Shown here: piece by piece, positions 49,592-64,000 of the stretch
How positions within the stretch are numbered: position 1 is the first letter of the stretch
Layout: each line of letters starts with the position of its first letter
From: the human T2T-CHM13v2.0 reference genome, Homo sapiens
Direction: 5' to 3' (one strand)
Assembly (NCBI RefSeq): GCF_009914755.1
Contig: NC_060934.1
Length of the DNA: 64,000 bases
The notes under the pieces: model-generated
What the model saw: the letters and a program-made list of their open reading frames with translations, nothing else
Told to the model about the DNA's origin: nothing
Database searches by the model: none
Translations under genes and position numbers: made by a program

Positions 49592-49673
49592 CTTTAAAAA
49601 AAAAAGGGGGGGGTGAGGGGGATGGAATATTAAGAATGGTAATTGCCATTTATAGCTTTAAAAAAGAACTTTA

Positions 49674-50283
<610 letters not shown>

Positions 50284-50329
50284 ACCTATAAAGGTTATCT
50301 TTAAGATAACCTAGTATGAGGCAGATTTA

Positions 50330-50546
50330 CAGGGTGACTATAGTTTAGTTTACAATAATCTATTATCTATTTCAAAATAGCTAGGAGGGAAGAATTTGAA
50401 TGGTTGTCACATAAAGACACATATTTAAGGTGACTGATATCCCAAGTAAAATATTTACAAACTATATTATATGAATATATTTAATTATCACATATACCCT
50501 GAAACCATGTACATCTATTATGCATCAATTTAAAAAAAAAAAAAAG
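50330..50546 (+). mobile_element. Old L1 (L1MA/L1PB) 3' end
   Basis: agggtgactatagtt...tatttcaaaatagctag...atgtacatctattatgcatcaattt then A tail. Confidence 0.7.
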
Positions 50547-50772
50547 AAAACAGGTCAGACAACCCTCCTGCTTAAAACTCTCCAATGGTTGAAAACGTTC
50601 TACATCTTGACTGTGGTGGTAATCATATGATCATAGGCCTTTGTCAAAATTCATAAACTGTACATCTAAAAGGGGTTTTACTGTATACAAAATATATCTC
50701 AATAAACCTGAAAAATTTTTAAAATAGTAATTACCATTTATATCTTTTAAAAAATAATTTATTATTACTTAC

Positions 50773-50845
50773 ACCAGACTCAATGAGAGTATGAAGAACT
50801 ACTAACAGATCATCAAAAAATTCCACATTTATAAGGTGAGCAAAC
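50773..50845 (-). CDS. NOC3L: NOC3L exon (~14)
   Basis: ttccag|G...GGT|gtaagt; [24 protein letters not shown]. Confidence 0.94.
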
Positions 50846-51653
50846 CTGGAATCAAACAAAACAGTTAATCAGTGAACTAAAAGCAGAAATAAAGCTGGTA
50901 GAAATTAAGCTTGACTTTAAAACTGTATTTTTAATATTCTTTATTTCGAAATGTTAGCTATGAAAGACATGGCAATTATTGATACTTTTCATTAATTCAG
51001 ATTGGCCTCTTCAACAATTCATACACCATTGAACACTAAACTCAGTAGAAATATATAAGGCACTGAACAAACCAAAAATATTTCAAAAATCCTTCTGCAC
51101 TGAGAAAGAAATTACTAGAAGCAAACAACTTCCTGAGGAAAGTTTAGGAGGTATCCGGCAGGATCGGCTTCTAAGAAAACAGGTGGTGGGAAGAGAGACA
51201 AGGAAAGATTCTGCTACTTACAAGAATATGGACCTTATGACAGCTTTAAGGATAAAATGGAAAGAATACTGGACCCCAGTATCTAGTTCAGGCTCTGCTC
51301 TTAATTACCTGCGTGATCCTAGGTAACTCACTTCACTGTCCTGGGCCTCTATTTGTAGAAATAACTGAGACCACCCAATAGGGTTAAAGAAGAATCATAT
51401 GAGCTGCTAAATTTGAGAGTTACTCCATATACTATAGTAGACACTGAAGTAGGTTAAAGTCAGGACATCTCTTCAATATTAGCAAGAAGTCTTTGATCTA
51501 TGTAAATCTTAGAAGAATAAAAGACCTTATGAGTGACATATTCCATGCATATCGGTACAACTTTTTGGAGAAGCAATCTGACAATTATTTATCAAAATTT
51601 AAAATGAGCATACCCTTTGATCTGGCACTACATGCACACACATGCATGAAGAT

Positions 51654-51681
<28 letters not shown>
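51654..51681. repeat. (CA)n microsatellite
   Basis: about 14 AC units. Confidence 0.9.
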
Positions 51682-51688
<7 letters not shown>

Positions 51689-51898
51689 AGTATTCCCAGT
51701 GCAAATAGGCGACTGACCAAATAAAGTACAATATATCTATAAAATGGAGCACTATAAATTTTTTAAAAATTAAGTGATATATATGTGATAAGGGAGAGGT
51801 ACCAAAAGTAACTGTTTACAAAACCAAAAAAAAAAAAAAAAGCAAGTTACAGGACACTAAACATAGCATGATTCCATTTGCATGAAAGATGGCAGGCA

Positions 51899-52195
51899 GG
51901 CCCGGTGCGATGGCTCATGCCTGTAATCCCAGCACTTTGGGAGGCCGAGGCGGATGGATCACCTAAGGTCAGGAGTTCGAGACCAGCCTGGCCAACATGA
52001 GGAAACCCCATCTTTACTAAAAATACAGAAATTAGCCAGGTGTGATGGCACATGCCTGTAGTCTCAGCTACTCGAGAGGCTGAGGCAGGTGACTGCTTGA
52101 ACCTGGGATGTGGAGGTTGTAGTCAGCTCAGATTACGTCACTGCAACCCAGCCTGAGCAACAGAGCAAGACAGTGTCTCCAAAAAAAAAAAAAAA
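51899..52195 (+). mobile_element. AluS (FLAM follows at 52357-52490)
   Basis: dimer, TSD aaag(a/g)tggcag. Confidence 0.88.
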
Positions 52196-52699
52196 GGTGG
52201 CAGATGGCACGCAGACAGACTACATACATATATAGGAGGGGGAGCTTGCAATTTTAAATTGTATATTCTTTTGCATTATTTAAATTTTTTAAATGACCAT
52301 ATATTATTTTTTAAACTTTTTTAAATAAAGGAATTAGTTATTAAAAAACAAATAGCTGGGTCGAGCATGGTGGCTCACGCCTGTAATCCTAGCACTTTGT
52401 GAGGCCAAGGCTGGAGGATGACTCACTCAGGAGTTCAAGATCAGCCTGGGCAATATGGTGAGAGCTTGTCTCTATTTAAAAACAAAAATAAAAACAGCAA
52501 GTCCTACACAATGTAGGAATAATCCCTTCTCTGACCAGCCTCTCTGAAGATTTTTAACCACAAGGACCGTATCACCATATAAGGAAATGCATACCATTGC
52601 CAAATAGCTCCAGTTATTAGAAAGTAATTTCTTATGATAAACAGAACTTGCCTTTTCTATATCTTCTAGCCATCAGTCCTATTTCCAACTCTATTCCTA

Positions 52700-53000
52700 A
52701 AGTTGTACTGCCCAACAATGGTAGCCACTAGCCACATGTGGCTGTTAGGCACTTAAAATGTAGCTAGTCCAAATTAAGACACAAGCGTAAAATATAAGTG
52801 TTCGAAAATATGTTATGAAAAAACACCAAACAACTCATTAATGTTTAATATTGTGTTAAAATACTTCAGATAAATCAAATCCAGTAAAATATATAAAAAT
52901 TAATTTCACCTGTTTCTTTTTATCTTTTTAATGTGGCTAATAGAAAATTTTAAATTATATATGTAAGTTCACATTATATTTTTACCGAATAGCAATGTTC
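52700..53000. mobile_element. MER33-like hAT element (second copy ~59860-60180)
   Basis: gtagccactagccacatgtggct...aaaattaatttcacctgtttcttt...aatgtggcta. Confidence 0.7.
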
Positions 53001-53510
53001 TATAGGATACCACCTCAAAAAATTGTGGAACGCTATCATGACAACCACAACCCTTACTCTAGCTCACATCCTGACAAGGCCATTAGTGTTGAGTGAATAC
53101 ACCAAAAGATCTATCTTAGCAGAAACACATTACACAGAACTAGAGAAATGATGTACAGCCGGGTTAAAATAGACTTAAGAGTCATCTGCATGATCCACTC
53201 AAACTATGACGATGGGCAATTGACTACACAGTGCAGAAAGAGTCAAGAACTGAGAGATTTAACCTTAGGAACACCTAGAATTTAGTAGGCAGAAAGAAGG
53301 AGTTGGTAAAGGAGATTTTAAAAATAAAAGGTTTGAGATGAGAAAATCAAAAAAGCCCACTGTTATGAATAGCTTCAAGTAAAGGCTGGTGACAATCAGA
53401 AAAGGAATGAGAACTGAGGATAATGGGCCATCATTAGGGAACTCTCGAAAATTCTTTGGTCTTTCCTATTTAGAAGGAATCTAAAAGATTTCAACCTACA
53501 CAGCCCTTAC

Positions 53511-53611
53511 TTGGCAAGACCTTCTAGAACTGCTGGCAGGAGAGGTGACCTCTGGGCCTTCTTCAATATTCTGAAGTAGGTTACAAACACAATATTCAGA
53601 GTCTCTGTGTG
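53511..53611 (-). CDS. NOC3L: NOC3L exon (~13)
   Basis: gccag|CAC...AA|gtaagg; [34 protein letters not shown]. Confidence 0.94.
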
Positions 53612-53948
53612 CTGGCAGAGGAGACAGACAAAATGACTTTAGGATAACCTGGTATGCTTTCTCCTGAGTGAGCATAAGTATCACTTCAACAGGTTAACTT
53701 TTTTCCCTACCCATCCCTCCCCACAATGCAATCTTTGAAATTTTTAACAAAACAGAATGAAGATATACACCCTGTGACTGCATAAAACTAGCACTGATCA
53801 CATCACAGTTTCCCGCACATCACAAAAGTCACACATCTAAGCCTCATGAAAGAAACCAAAATTACACAGCTACAAGCTGAAACAATAAATTTCTAGTTTA
53901 AACAACTTAACGCATTTTAAAAGCATAACAGAATATGAAACTGCCTAC

Positions 53949-54029
53949 CAGTTTAAGTTTTTTCTCAGTACTCTCTGAAGCTTCTGCCTCTCGAAGCTCT
54001 CGCTCTAGTTTCTCTTCTGCTTTCTTCCA
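53949..54029 (-). CDS. NOC3L: NOC3L exon (~12), coiled coil
   Basis: tttcag|TGG...CTG|gtaggc; [27 protein letters not shown]. Confidence 0.94.
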
Positions 54030-55520
54030 CTGAAAATAGATTGAAAAACAAAAATCTAAGAGCATATACCACAGAGTGAAAAAAGCAGAGGCAGAATACG
54101 TAAATGTCATAAAACACATACAGTAATACCACATGTTGTCTATGAATGCAAATATAAACAAAGTAGAGAAACATGGACGGGAAGTATATACAAACCAAAT
54201 TAAAGATGGTGTCTCCTGGGAAGAAGGTAGAAGAATGAGATTGGAGAGAGAAAAGAAATTCCTACTCTCTCACCTATGGTTTCTTTCTTTTCCAGGAAAA
54301 AAACTAAAGTAAATCTATTAATATTTGCTCATTCTGAATAGCAGATATCTGGGATATGCTATCATTTTCTATTATTAAAGTTTTTCAAAAAAGAAAAAAA
54401 AAAGGAAAGAACATGTTGAGCCCAAAAATAATGGCTAGGATTAAATCATCTATAACTTGGAAGCCAGTCACCAACAATACTTCCCCAACACATTTACATA
54501 CAATGCATAAAACTGGGCCCTATAAAGAAATTCAATAAAATATCCTTTTTTTTCTACTACCTAATGCTGTAAGAGCAGTAAATGATAATTTCTAAGCTGC
54601 CTGAGGCACAGGGAACTGAAAAATTGTTTCCTTCTCTCATGAGAAGTTGTTAAAGAGCTGCCATGTTCTTATTGGTCTTTGTTTCCTCACCTCATCTATA
54701 CACATGCTCTTCCTAACAGAGCTATCCAACCTGCATTAGGATAGTATAATATAAATAGTTAAAATATGTATCTTCTTTTGTTCACAATTATTAAGTCTAT
54801 TTTGATACTTCCATCATGTTTTCAAAATTAGACCCATTCAAAGATGAATATCCCCAGAGATTACTTTTGTTTTTACAAGCAACTTGATCACTCTAATAAA
54901 CTGTTTAGAAATGTTCTGAGATGTGATGATAACAATAATAGTGATGATGGTGGTGGTACTAAAACTAAGGTTTATAAAGCCTGCCAAGTGTTTTATATGC
55001 ATCATCTCATTTAACCTGCACGATTACCCTGCAAGGTAGGTACTATTATTAGCCCCGTTTATCAAAAAATAAATAAATAAATAAATAAAGTTTCCAAAGT
55101 TTCAGTAAATAAACAAGCGGCTGAAATTTCAACCCAAGTTTAAAATACAAACCAACAAAGAAACAAGATTCAATTAACAGAAACTCACTTTGCTGCCAAC
55201 TTCACGTGAATGCATCTTTTCTGTTAAGGAAGGAATCTGTGTATCATAACTCTAAATTGATCTAAAAAGCCAAAGGATAAAAGCCAGCATGGCAAAAATA
55301 TCTTTTCATCTATTGCTCTCCTTGCCAATCATTATCAGTTAAAACTGATTTAAGAAAACATTTCTTTGCAGTAACAGGAAAAGATAAAATTCTCTAAATG
55401 ATGTATTTCAAAACTTTTATGTTTATGATTTAACTATGATTTTTACATGTGCCTATAAGTTTAATCTAAGATCAAATAAACAGAAAATTTAAATGAAACA
55501 AAAGGGGAAATAAGTCAAAC

Positions 55521-55652
55521 CTTTCTCTGCATTCTTGATAGAGATTTTCTCTTTTCTTTGAAAGTCATAAATTTTTTTGGTTTATTAATGTCTTCTGTAT
55601 CTTTTTTCACTTCTACTTCCTTGATTCTTAGGCATAAAAATGTTTTTAACAT
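55521..55652 (-). CDS. NOC3L: NOC3L exon (~11), basic region
   Basis: attag|ATG...AAG|gtttga; [44 protein letters not shown]. Confidence 0.92.
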
Positions 55653-58345
55653 CTAATATTGGAAAAAAAACACAAATATACAGCTTAATATTTATATTGC
55701 CCTCAAAAACTTTACATAGAAAAGCATTTAACAGTGTTATTTCCCTCGTTCATGAAAAAACCTTCAAACATCTTTTATAACATTTTACACCAACTTCTTT
55801 TATCTGTATGCTATATTAATAACTTGTGTCTATGGAAGGACGGGAGCAAACATACAAAACGGACGCTAGCAAATACTAACTAAATATACAAAACTTTCTT
55901 TGCAGTTTAATGAGTATAAGGAAGAGAGAACACATGCCAACAGGATGACAAAGAGAAAACAGGCCAGGAAAAGGTTTGGACCAGTATGGGAGAAGATACA
56001 CAAATTGCTGGGCCCTATCCCCAGAGTTTCTGATTTAGTAGGTCTGAGTTGAGCCCCAGAATTTGCATTCTAATTCCCAGCTGATGCTGGTCTGGGGACA
56101 AAAATAAAAATTATTGCTTTATGCCATTCAAAAATTCAGAAACTAATTTGGAAACTGGTGTTTTGTGTGATACAGCAAACTTCGCATACTCAAACACTAA
56201 GAACAAAAGGGGTTTAAAATGCTACACTTTCTCTGGATGAAATCACCCTACCGACCTCCCGCAGGCACAGCAGCATTCCTGGAAAAAACCTTGAGAACTA
56301 CAGGTTTGTATTATTTTGATGTTCCAATATGCACATTTGGAAGAAAGCTGAGTATTTGGGATTACACGGCTAAAAGCACAGAATGAAACAAGGAATAACT
56401 AAAGGCATAAAGAGTGAACCTGAAGTCATTCTAGGTATCAGAAAGACCAACTCTGAATATTTTGTAGGTACTGTATGTGCTCAAAATATCACCTACCAAC
56501 GAAAAATAACTCCAAATCAAATGATGTAGTTTTTACTCTAGCATCACGAAAGTTAAAGGGTTTTCCTATGGCTGAGTTTCATGTTCAAGCCTTATCTGAT
56601 TGCTCTACAATTCTAAGTAAAGATGCTAAATATGCTCTGTTACTTTCATTTAATGTTTATAATTTTAGCAATTCAACTGAAATCAGATTTAAGAAAATAA
56701 AAAGGAATCTGATGCCAAAGGAAAACTGTGAAATCCAGAAATAAAATGGTAGAACAGCTTAACACCCAAAACTGTATTACTAAAGACAAATTAAAATATC
56801 TAAGACCTCAGTGAAGAAAACTATAAAATTTTACTTAAGAACATAAAAGAAGTCTTAAATAAATGGCAAGATATGATATTCTTGAATAGAAAAAAATCAA
56901 TTCTGTAAATATTTTAATTCATCCAAACTAATCAATACATTGAATCGATTCTAATCAGATTCTCTGTGTGGACTATTTTGAGGGAAGGAAGTGAAAAATG
57001 GATTCTAAACTGCCTGGAGTAATATACTGAAATAAATAAGAATATTGTGGAGAAAAAAGAATAGTCATGTCTTTTATCAATTATACCCTTTCTGATTATT
57101 ATTGTACCACATACCCAAATATACTATAGATATAACACAATAATTAAGCAGCATTTTATATCAGCAGAAAAAAAATGGTGATGAAATAACTGGCTGTCAG
57201 ATTATATCAAATATATACATAATATAAATATTCAATATATATTAAACTATATAAAATATATATTCATTACATATATTAAACACAGATATTAAATCTGTAC
57301 TCATACCACACATACAAAGATGTCAAATGGTTTAAATATTTAAATATAAAAATTAAAATTAAAAATCTCGGAGAGACTCCGTAAATTGGGATTGAGGAGA
57401 CTATGTGCATAACAAAAAATATAGCTTCATATATAAGGCTGAACACAGAATTAAAAGGCAAAGTAAAAAAGAGAACAATCTGCAACCTATGTAACAAAGA
57501 GTTAATATTCTTTATGTAATGCAAGCTCCACAAACAGATAGTTTCGTTTCTTTTGTTACTATTTTATTCCCAGGACCTAAAAAAAGTGCCTGGCACATAG
57601 CAGTTATTTATTAAAATGAATATGTACTAAAAACTCATCACAAGTCATTAAGACAATTACTTTAAGAGAAAAACTGACAAATAATAAGCAGGTAAAAAAA
57701 GTTTATATATATATAAACTTTTCACCTACCTGACTAACAAAGATTAAATAGTAACATTCTGAGCAGGTAGGAGGGAACTGACACTCATATTCCTAGCAGG
57801 AACACAGTGATTAAATGTTTTTGAACAACAATTTGAGTTTGTAAATGTGATTACTGTTGGATCCAGCATCTACATTTTATAAATTTAATTCACAGAATAT
57901 TCACACAATATGAAAAAATAATATGGCCAAAATGTTCTCAACACTGACTGTGGCAGCAAAAATCTAGAAAAAACTCAGCTGTTCAACAATTAGGGCACAC
58001 AATGGAATACTCTGGTAGGCATTAGAAAGAATGGGATAACCCTATATGTAAGTTCACAATATAGAAAATGAAAACTGTTCCAGAACAGTTTTCAAAGTAT
58101 AAGCCCATTTTTTATTTTAAAATATAAGCAAGTATATATGACTATATCTGCAAAGAAAAACATCTAGAAGGATAAATACCGAACTGTTAATAGTATCAAA
58201 CATTTCAGGAGTTGACATGTTAAACACTTAAGGAGCTTGAATACTTTTTACTTCATACACTTATAAGGAATAAATTCCTCATAACAACTGAAAATCAACT
58301 TTGTAATTTAAAAACAAAATGCAAAGTAAAAAAAAAAAGGCTCAC

Positions 58346-58474
58346 CTCTGGCCTAACTTCGTAATTTCTGCCCTTCACAAAACCAGAAATCACTTTAATT
58401 ACACCAAGAGAAGCTTGGCCTAATTTATCTTGCTTAAAGAGTTTCTTCACAGCTTCACAACACATTTCAGATAT
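58346..58474 (-). CDS. NOC3L: NOC3L exon (~10)
   Basis: tttcag|ATA...GAG|gtgagc; [43 protein letters not shown]. Confidence 0.94.
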
Positions 58475-58500
58475 CTGAAAAATAAAATGTCATACTTAAC

Positions 58501-58719
58501 CAGTGTTTCTCAACCTTAGCACTACTGACGTTTTGGGTAACAGAATTCTTTGTTGTAGGGGGACTGTCCTAGGATGTTTAAAAGCCTCCATGGACTTTCT
58601 CCACTAGATGCCAGTAGTTAAGACTCTATCGCCACCACAGTCATCACAATCAAAAATGTATGCCGACATTGCCTAATGTTCCCTGGGGGACAAATTTGCT
58701 TCCTGTTGTGAACCACTAC
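58501..58719 (+). mobile_element. MER20 (hAT-Charlie)
   Basis: cagtgtttctcaacctt...ccactagatgccagtag...ccctgggggacaaa...gaaccact. Confidence 0.85.
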
Positions 58720-58790
58720 ACCAAACTTATGTTCAGATAATTTTCTTCAGATAGACAGTGTTTAATAAATTGACATTATTTTACCAATAA

Positions 58791-59154
<364 letters not shown>

Positions 59155-59209
59155 CACATGGTGTATAATTTTCTAAGGAGGACAGCAATAACCATTTACA
59201 GCAACTCAC

Positions 59210-59385
59210 CAATTTTGACATGTCATTCATGAGAGGGACAATCAATACGATGATGTTGTTGTGAAAGTTAAAATGAGGTAGTGCCACCAACAGCTCACAC
59301 AAGCTCTTCACAGCGACTTCTGCCAGTCCTTTGTATGCCTTTAAGGAAACTACATTACTTTTCTTCAGCTTCCTCTGCTTCCAAT
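59210..59385 (-). CDS. NOC3L: NOC3L exon (~9)
   Basis: attag|AT...TTG|gtgagt; [45 protein letters not shown]... Confidence 0.95.
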
Positions 59386-59526
59386 CTAATCAAAAGATAA
59401 CTGTAGTTACTTTACTCATTGGTCAAAAGTTAAACTAATTGGCTTTCTTTTACAATCAATGTACATTTTAACACACATAAACACACACACACACATTCCC
59501 ACACCCCTTAAAAAAAGACTTCATAT

Positions 59527-59849
<323 letters not shown>

Positions 59850-60619
59850 TCATAATGGTTCGATCTGCTCAGGAAAGGTCCAATATGGAGGCTACTAACT
59901 GCCACATATAGGAGTCAATTGAGCATTTGAAATGCAGCTAATACAAATTAAGATATACTCTAAGTATAAAATACACTCTAAGTATAAAATACAAACCAGA
60001 TTTGAACTTAGTACTAAAAAAAACTGAGAATGTAAGACATTAATTTTTAAAATTTATTACATGTTGAAATGATAATCTGAATATATATAATATACTATTA
60101 AAATTAATTTCATTGCTTTTTAGTGTGTCTGCATTTTTTTTAAATGACATATGTGGCTCATGTTATAGTTCTATCAGACAGAGATGGTTGCACAAAGATC
60201 CCAGGAGCTTTCCAAACAGTTCAGAAATTCAAAAACAAAAGAAAAACTCCCAGGCCCTCTCACTGGAAGAACAAACACTAATAGGGTGCCAGCTGGAACA
60301 CCAGAACATAGAAGCAATATCCATACTACCCACCCCCACCCCACTATACTCCACTACCTTTATGCCCTTATTAGGCCAACAGGATTCAGTGGTCCTGTTC
60401 CAGCTGACAGCAATGGGTGATCTTAGTAAATAAGCTGGGTAAATGAGCCAATTAGGCCAAATGAAAACACCTGGCCTAGGCAACAACTGTCTTCCCTATT
60501 CCTACCCCTATTTTTTCTATGTCCTTCCTTTTCTGAAGAGTTTAAGAGTTTATCATCCCAAATAATTGACTCATAAATCCATTTTCAAGACATGCAAATA
60601 TCCATTTCTAGTTATCCTT

Positions 60620-60924
60620 CTATTTATTTATTCATTTCTTTTGAGACAGGGTCTCACTCTATCGCCCAGACTACAGTGCAGTGGCATAATCATAGCTCAC
60701 CGCAGGCTCAAACTTCTGGACTCAAGTGATCCTCTCAGCTCAGATCTCCAGTAGCTGGGGCTCTATAGGCATGGGCCATCATGCCTAATTTTTTTTTTTT
60801 TTTTTTAGAGACAGGAGTCTCACTACATTCCCCAGGCTGGTCTCAAACTCCTAGCTTCGAGCAATCCTCTTGCCTCGGCCTCCAAAAGCACTGGGGTTAC
60901 AGGTGTGACCCACCACGCCTGGCC
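60620..60924 (-). mobile_element. AluJ
   Basis: dimer, TSD tctagttatccttct. Confidence 0.88.
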
Positions 60925-61406
60925 TCTAGTTATCCTTCTTCCCTGACTACCATGCCTCCAAATAAAAAACAGCAGAATAAATCCCAACTGTTCATAACAA
61001 TGTATTTTGTTAAATGCATTGTAGTCAACAAAAATACAACTACTTACTAAAAACTGCAGCAATAATACTAATAATTGATAAAATATAGTGTATAGTACAT
61101 GCTAGGCACTGTTTAAAGCACCTCATATCTACAAACTCAGTTACTTCTTACAATAATCCTGGAAGGTAAGTACTATAATTATTTCCATTTTTTAGACAGG
61201 AAAACTGAGACACAGAAAGACTATGTAATTTTCCCATCACATAGGTAGTAAGTGGTGGAGCCAGGATTTGACCCCTGGAAGTCTGACTCTAGATTCTGTT
61301 CCTGACCATACCTGCCTCTCACTACACAACACAGAACACTGTACAGAATTCACCTTCATGATCAAGGCTAAGTATGTTACAAACTTTGAAGATATGTTTA
61401 ATATAC

Positions 61407-61500
61407 CTTTAACCATTTGTTCCAGATTTTCCAAATAAAACTTGTATTGGCTAACCAGGCCTTCTTCAAATTCTCTTAACTTCTGGGTTTCTTTTCGGGT
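61407..61500 (-). CDS. NOC3L: NOC3L exon (~8), NOC3p domain
   Basis: tttcag|ACC...AAG|gtatat; [31 protein letters not shown]. Confidence 0.94.
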
Positions 61501-61560
61501 CTGAAAAGACCAAAAAGGTCAATCATTTTTTAAAATCAGAACATTAAAAGCCCAAAATTA

Positions 61561-61968
<408 letters not shown>

Positions 61969-61992
61969 TTATATCTAGCAATCTAGCATTAC

Positions 61993-62154
61993 CTTAGTAG
62001 ATTTTTCTGCTTCTGTGAGGGGCCGGATTTTATATGAAGGAGTAATATCTTTAAATAACTCCATCAGAGAAACAATTACCAGCTTTCGAACAGTAACAGC
62101 CACATCAGGATCTTGTTCCATCAACATAGAACGTAATTCTTTCAATTTTTTAAT
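61993..62154 (-). CDS. NOC3L: NOC3L exon (~7), NOC3p domain; gene continues beyond the window
   Basis: aacag|ATT...AAG|gtaatg; [11 protein letters not shown]...[26 protein letters not shown]. Confidence 0.94.
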
Positions 62155-62340
62155 CTGTTAAAGAAATAGCTTATAAAGCTGGAGAAATCATGACGAAACA
62201 ATTATGAACAAAAGACAACAGCCCCACATCCGGCAAAACAAGCGGAATTCACACAATGACTCCAAGTCTAGTCATGCCACACCAAACTCCAGACCCTGCT
62301 CACTTTACCAAGAGATAAGTCACTAAAGTCATAAAGTAAT

Positions 62341-62742
62341 TGTATTAGTCCGTTCTTGTATTGCTAGAAAGAAATGCCTGAGGCTGGATAATTTATAAAG
62401 AAAAGAGGTTTATTTTGGCTTATAGTTCTGCAGGCTGTAGAGGAAGCTCGGTGCCTGCGTCTACTCCTGGTGAGGCCTCAGGAAACTTACGATCAAGGCA
62501 GAAGGCAAAGGGGGAGCCAGGGTGTCACAGGAAAGATAGGGGAGGTTCTAAGCTCTTTTAAACAACCAGCTCTCACATGAACTACCAGAGTGAGAAGTCA
62601 CTTGTTACCACAAGGATGGCACCAAGCCATTCATGAGGGATCCACCCCTATAATCTAAACACCTCCCACCAGGCCCACTTCCAACATCAGAGGTCACATT
62701 TCAACATAAGATTTGGAGGGGACACACCTCCAAACTATATCA
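62341..62742 (-). mobile_element. MSTA/MSTB solo LTR
   Basis: tgtattagtccgttctt...ccaaactatatca, with 5-bp TSD GTAAT on both sides. Confidence 0.88.
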
Positions 62743-64000
62743 GTAATCATATTTTTGTCATATAGTTAGAAACATACAGACCTTAAAAAATTAGTTTACA
62801 TTTATTATTTAGCTATTTTGGGAAATTCTTTTTTGCTGGATTTTCCTAAAGTACGTGTGTCCTATTCTTCTAAAAACGCTTTTCAAAATATACTAAAATG
62901 TTATATACATTAACCAAATATATCAGTCATACACATGAATTAATCAGGAATTACATGTAATATAGCCACATTAACTTGAGCTTCAAAGATAATTTCTATG
63001 ATGGTTTCGACTGCTTTGATGAACTACTATTGTCTGTGAGCACAGGTTCCTGAGTAGAAGATCTGGGTTCCAATCCAGTGGCTGTTAAAATCTGGAACAA
63101 ATCACTTGGGTTTTTTAAGGCTCAATTTTCCAGCTGTAAAATTAGATCAATCTCTTATGCCTATGGTTTTGTAATGATTGAGAGAATACACATAAGAAAT
63201 ATTCCAAATCTCTCTTCCCTAATTCTGCTCTAGATCTTCCCCTCACTTCATTAGAAAAGGACAAGTACTACTCCAAAGCATTCCCACATGAAATTTGCTT
63301 CTATAAATGTAAATAAGCTATTCTATCATTTCATAAACAAATACTTGTTATAATAGTATGCTGGGGACACCAGCATAACAATAATAATAGTATCATTTTA
63401 TATGACTTCACGTATATTTCATCATATAATCCTCACCACAAAGTTTTGAAAAAGACACTGTCCTTTTTTAGAGATGAAAGAGTCTTGGATAAATAACTTA
63501 CCCAAAGTCTCACAGATAGTACTTATCAGGGCCAAGATTAAACCTCAGATTTCTCTAGTTCATGTGTTATAACCATCACTAACTCAACGACTATACACAT
63601 GGCACAATAACACTTTACTTTAACTTTGGCTCTAGTTCACTTAAAATATTTTCAACTTACAAATATTCCTGAACTAATTCCATACACTTCCCCTGTAGCG
63701 CGCTTTTTAAAAACTCCACGGGTATGTCAAGCAAATTTGCAAACAGGTTCCTCCTCCCTAATACAATTTTATAAATTTAAACATTTTTAGAGTTATAAGA
63801 TGTCCAGTATTTTCATATATGAAGATGAGGAGAATAAGATTCAGAGAGTTTAAGTAACTTTTCTAGGATTACAAAAGAAATTAAGTTCAGACATAGCATT
63901 AAGCTAAGATTCTGTCTACTCTCTTACTCTAACCCAGCTACTATGTTTAGTTAATGCTTTTCCTTTTAGTGTATGCTTATAGGTAACAAGGGAATCTTAA

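Overview
Human (primate) genomic DNA, recognised as chr10q23.33. It holds the 3' ends of two convergent genes. PLCE1 (phospholipase C epsilon-1, + strand) contributes 10 coding exons from 2615 to the stop at 34171, encoding the PLC Y-box, C2, RA1 and RA2 domains (about residues 1679-2302), plus a non-coding last exon from 37059. NOC3L (- strand) contributes 15 coding exons from 62154 down to the stop at 43272 (568 codons), with a 3' UTR ending near 42330. I traced every exon by GT-AG boundaries and phase, and both spliced frames are intact. The rest is transposon-rich intron: about 38 Alu copies or fragments, a near full-length Tigger1, Tigger3/4, MER2, MER5, MER20, MER33, MER58B, MER85, MER102, MaLR/ERVL LTRs, MIR, L1 and L2. 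I found no wholly new multi-gene system. The best leads are: a DNA transposon that apparently supplies a bidirectional poly(A) signal for PLCE1; a longer PLCE1 3' UTR with inverted Alus; inverted Alus tightly bracketing NOC3L exons 8-9; a palindromic CTCF site; a tiny TSD-flanked orphan retro-insertion; and a MER85 with a mutated CSB-PGBD3 palindrome. Exon numbers, residue numbers, rsIDs and repeat subfamily names come from recalled knowledge, not from a search.
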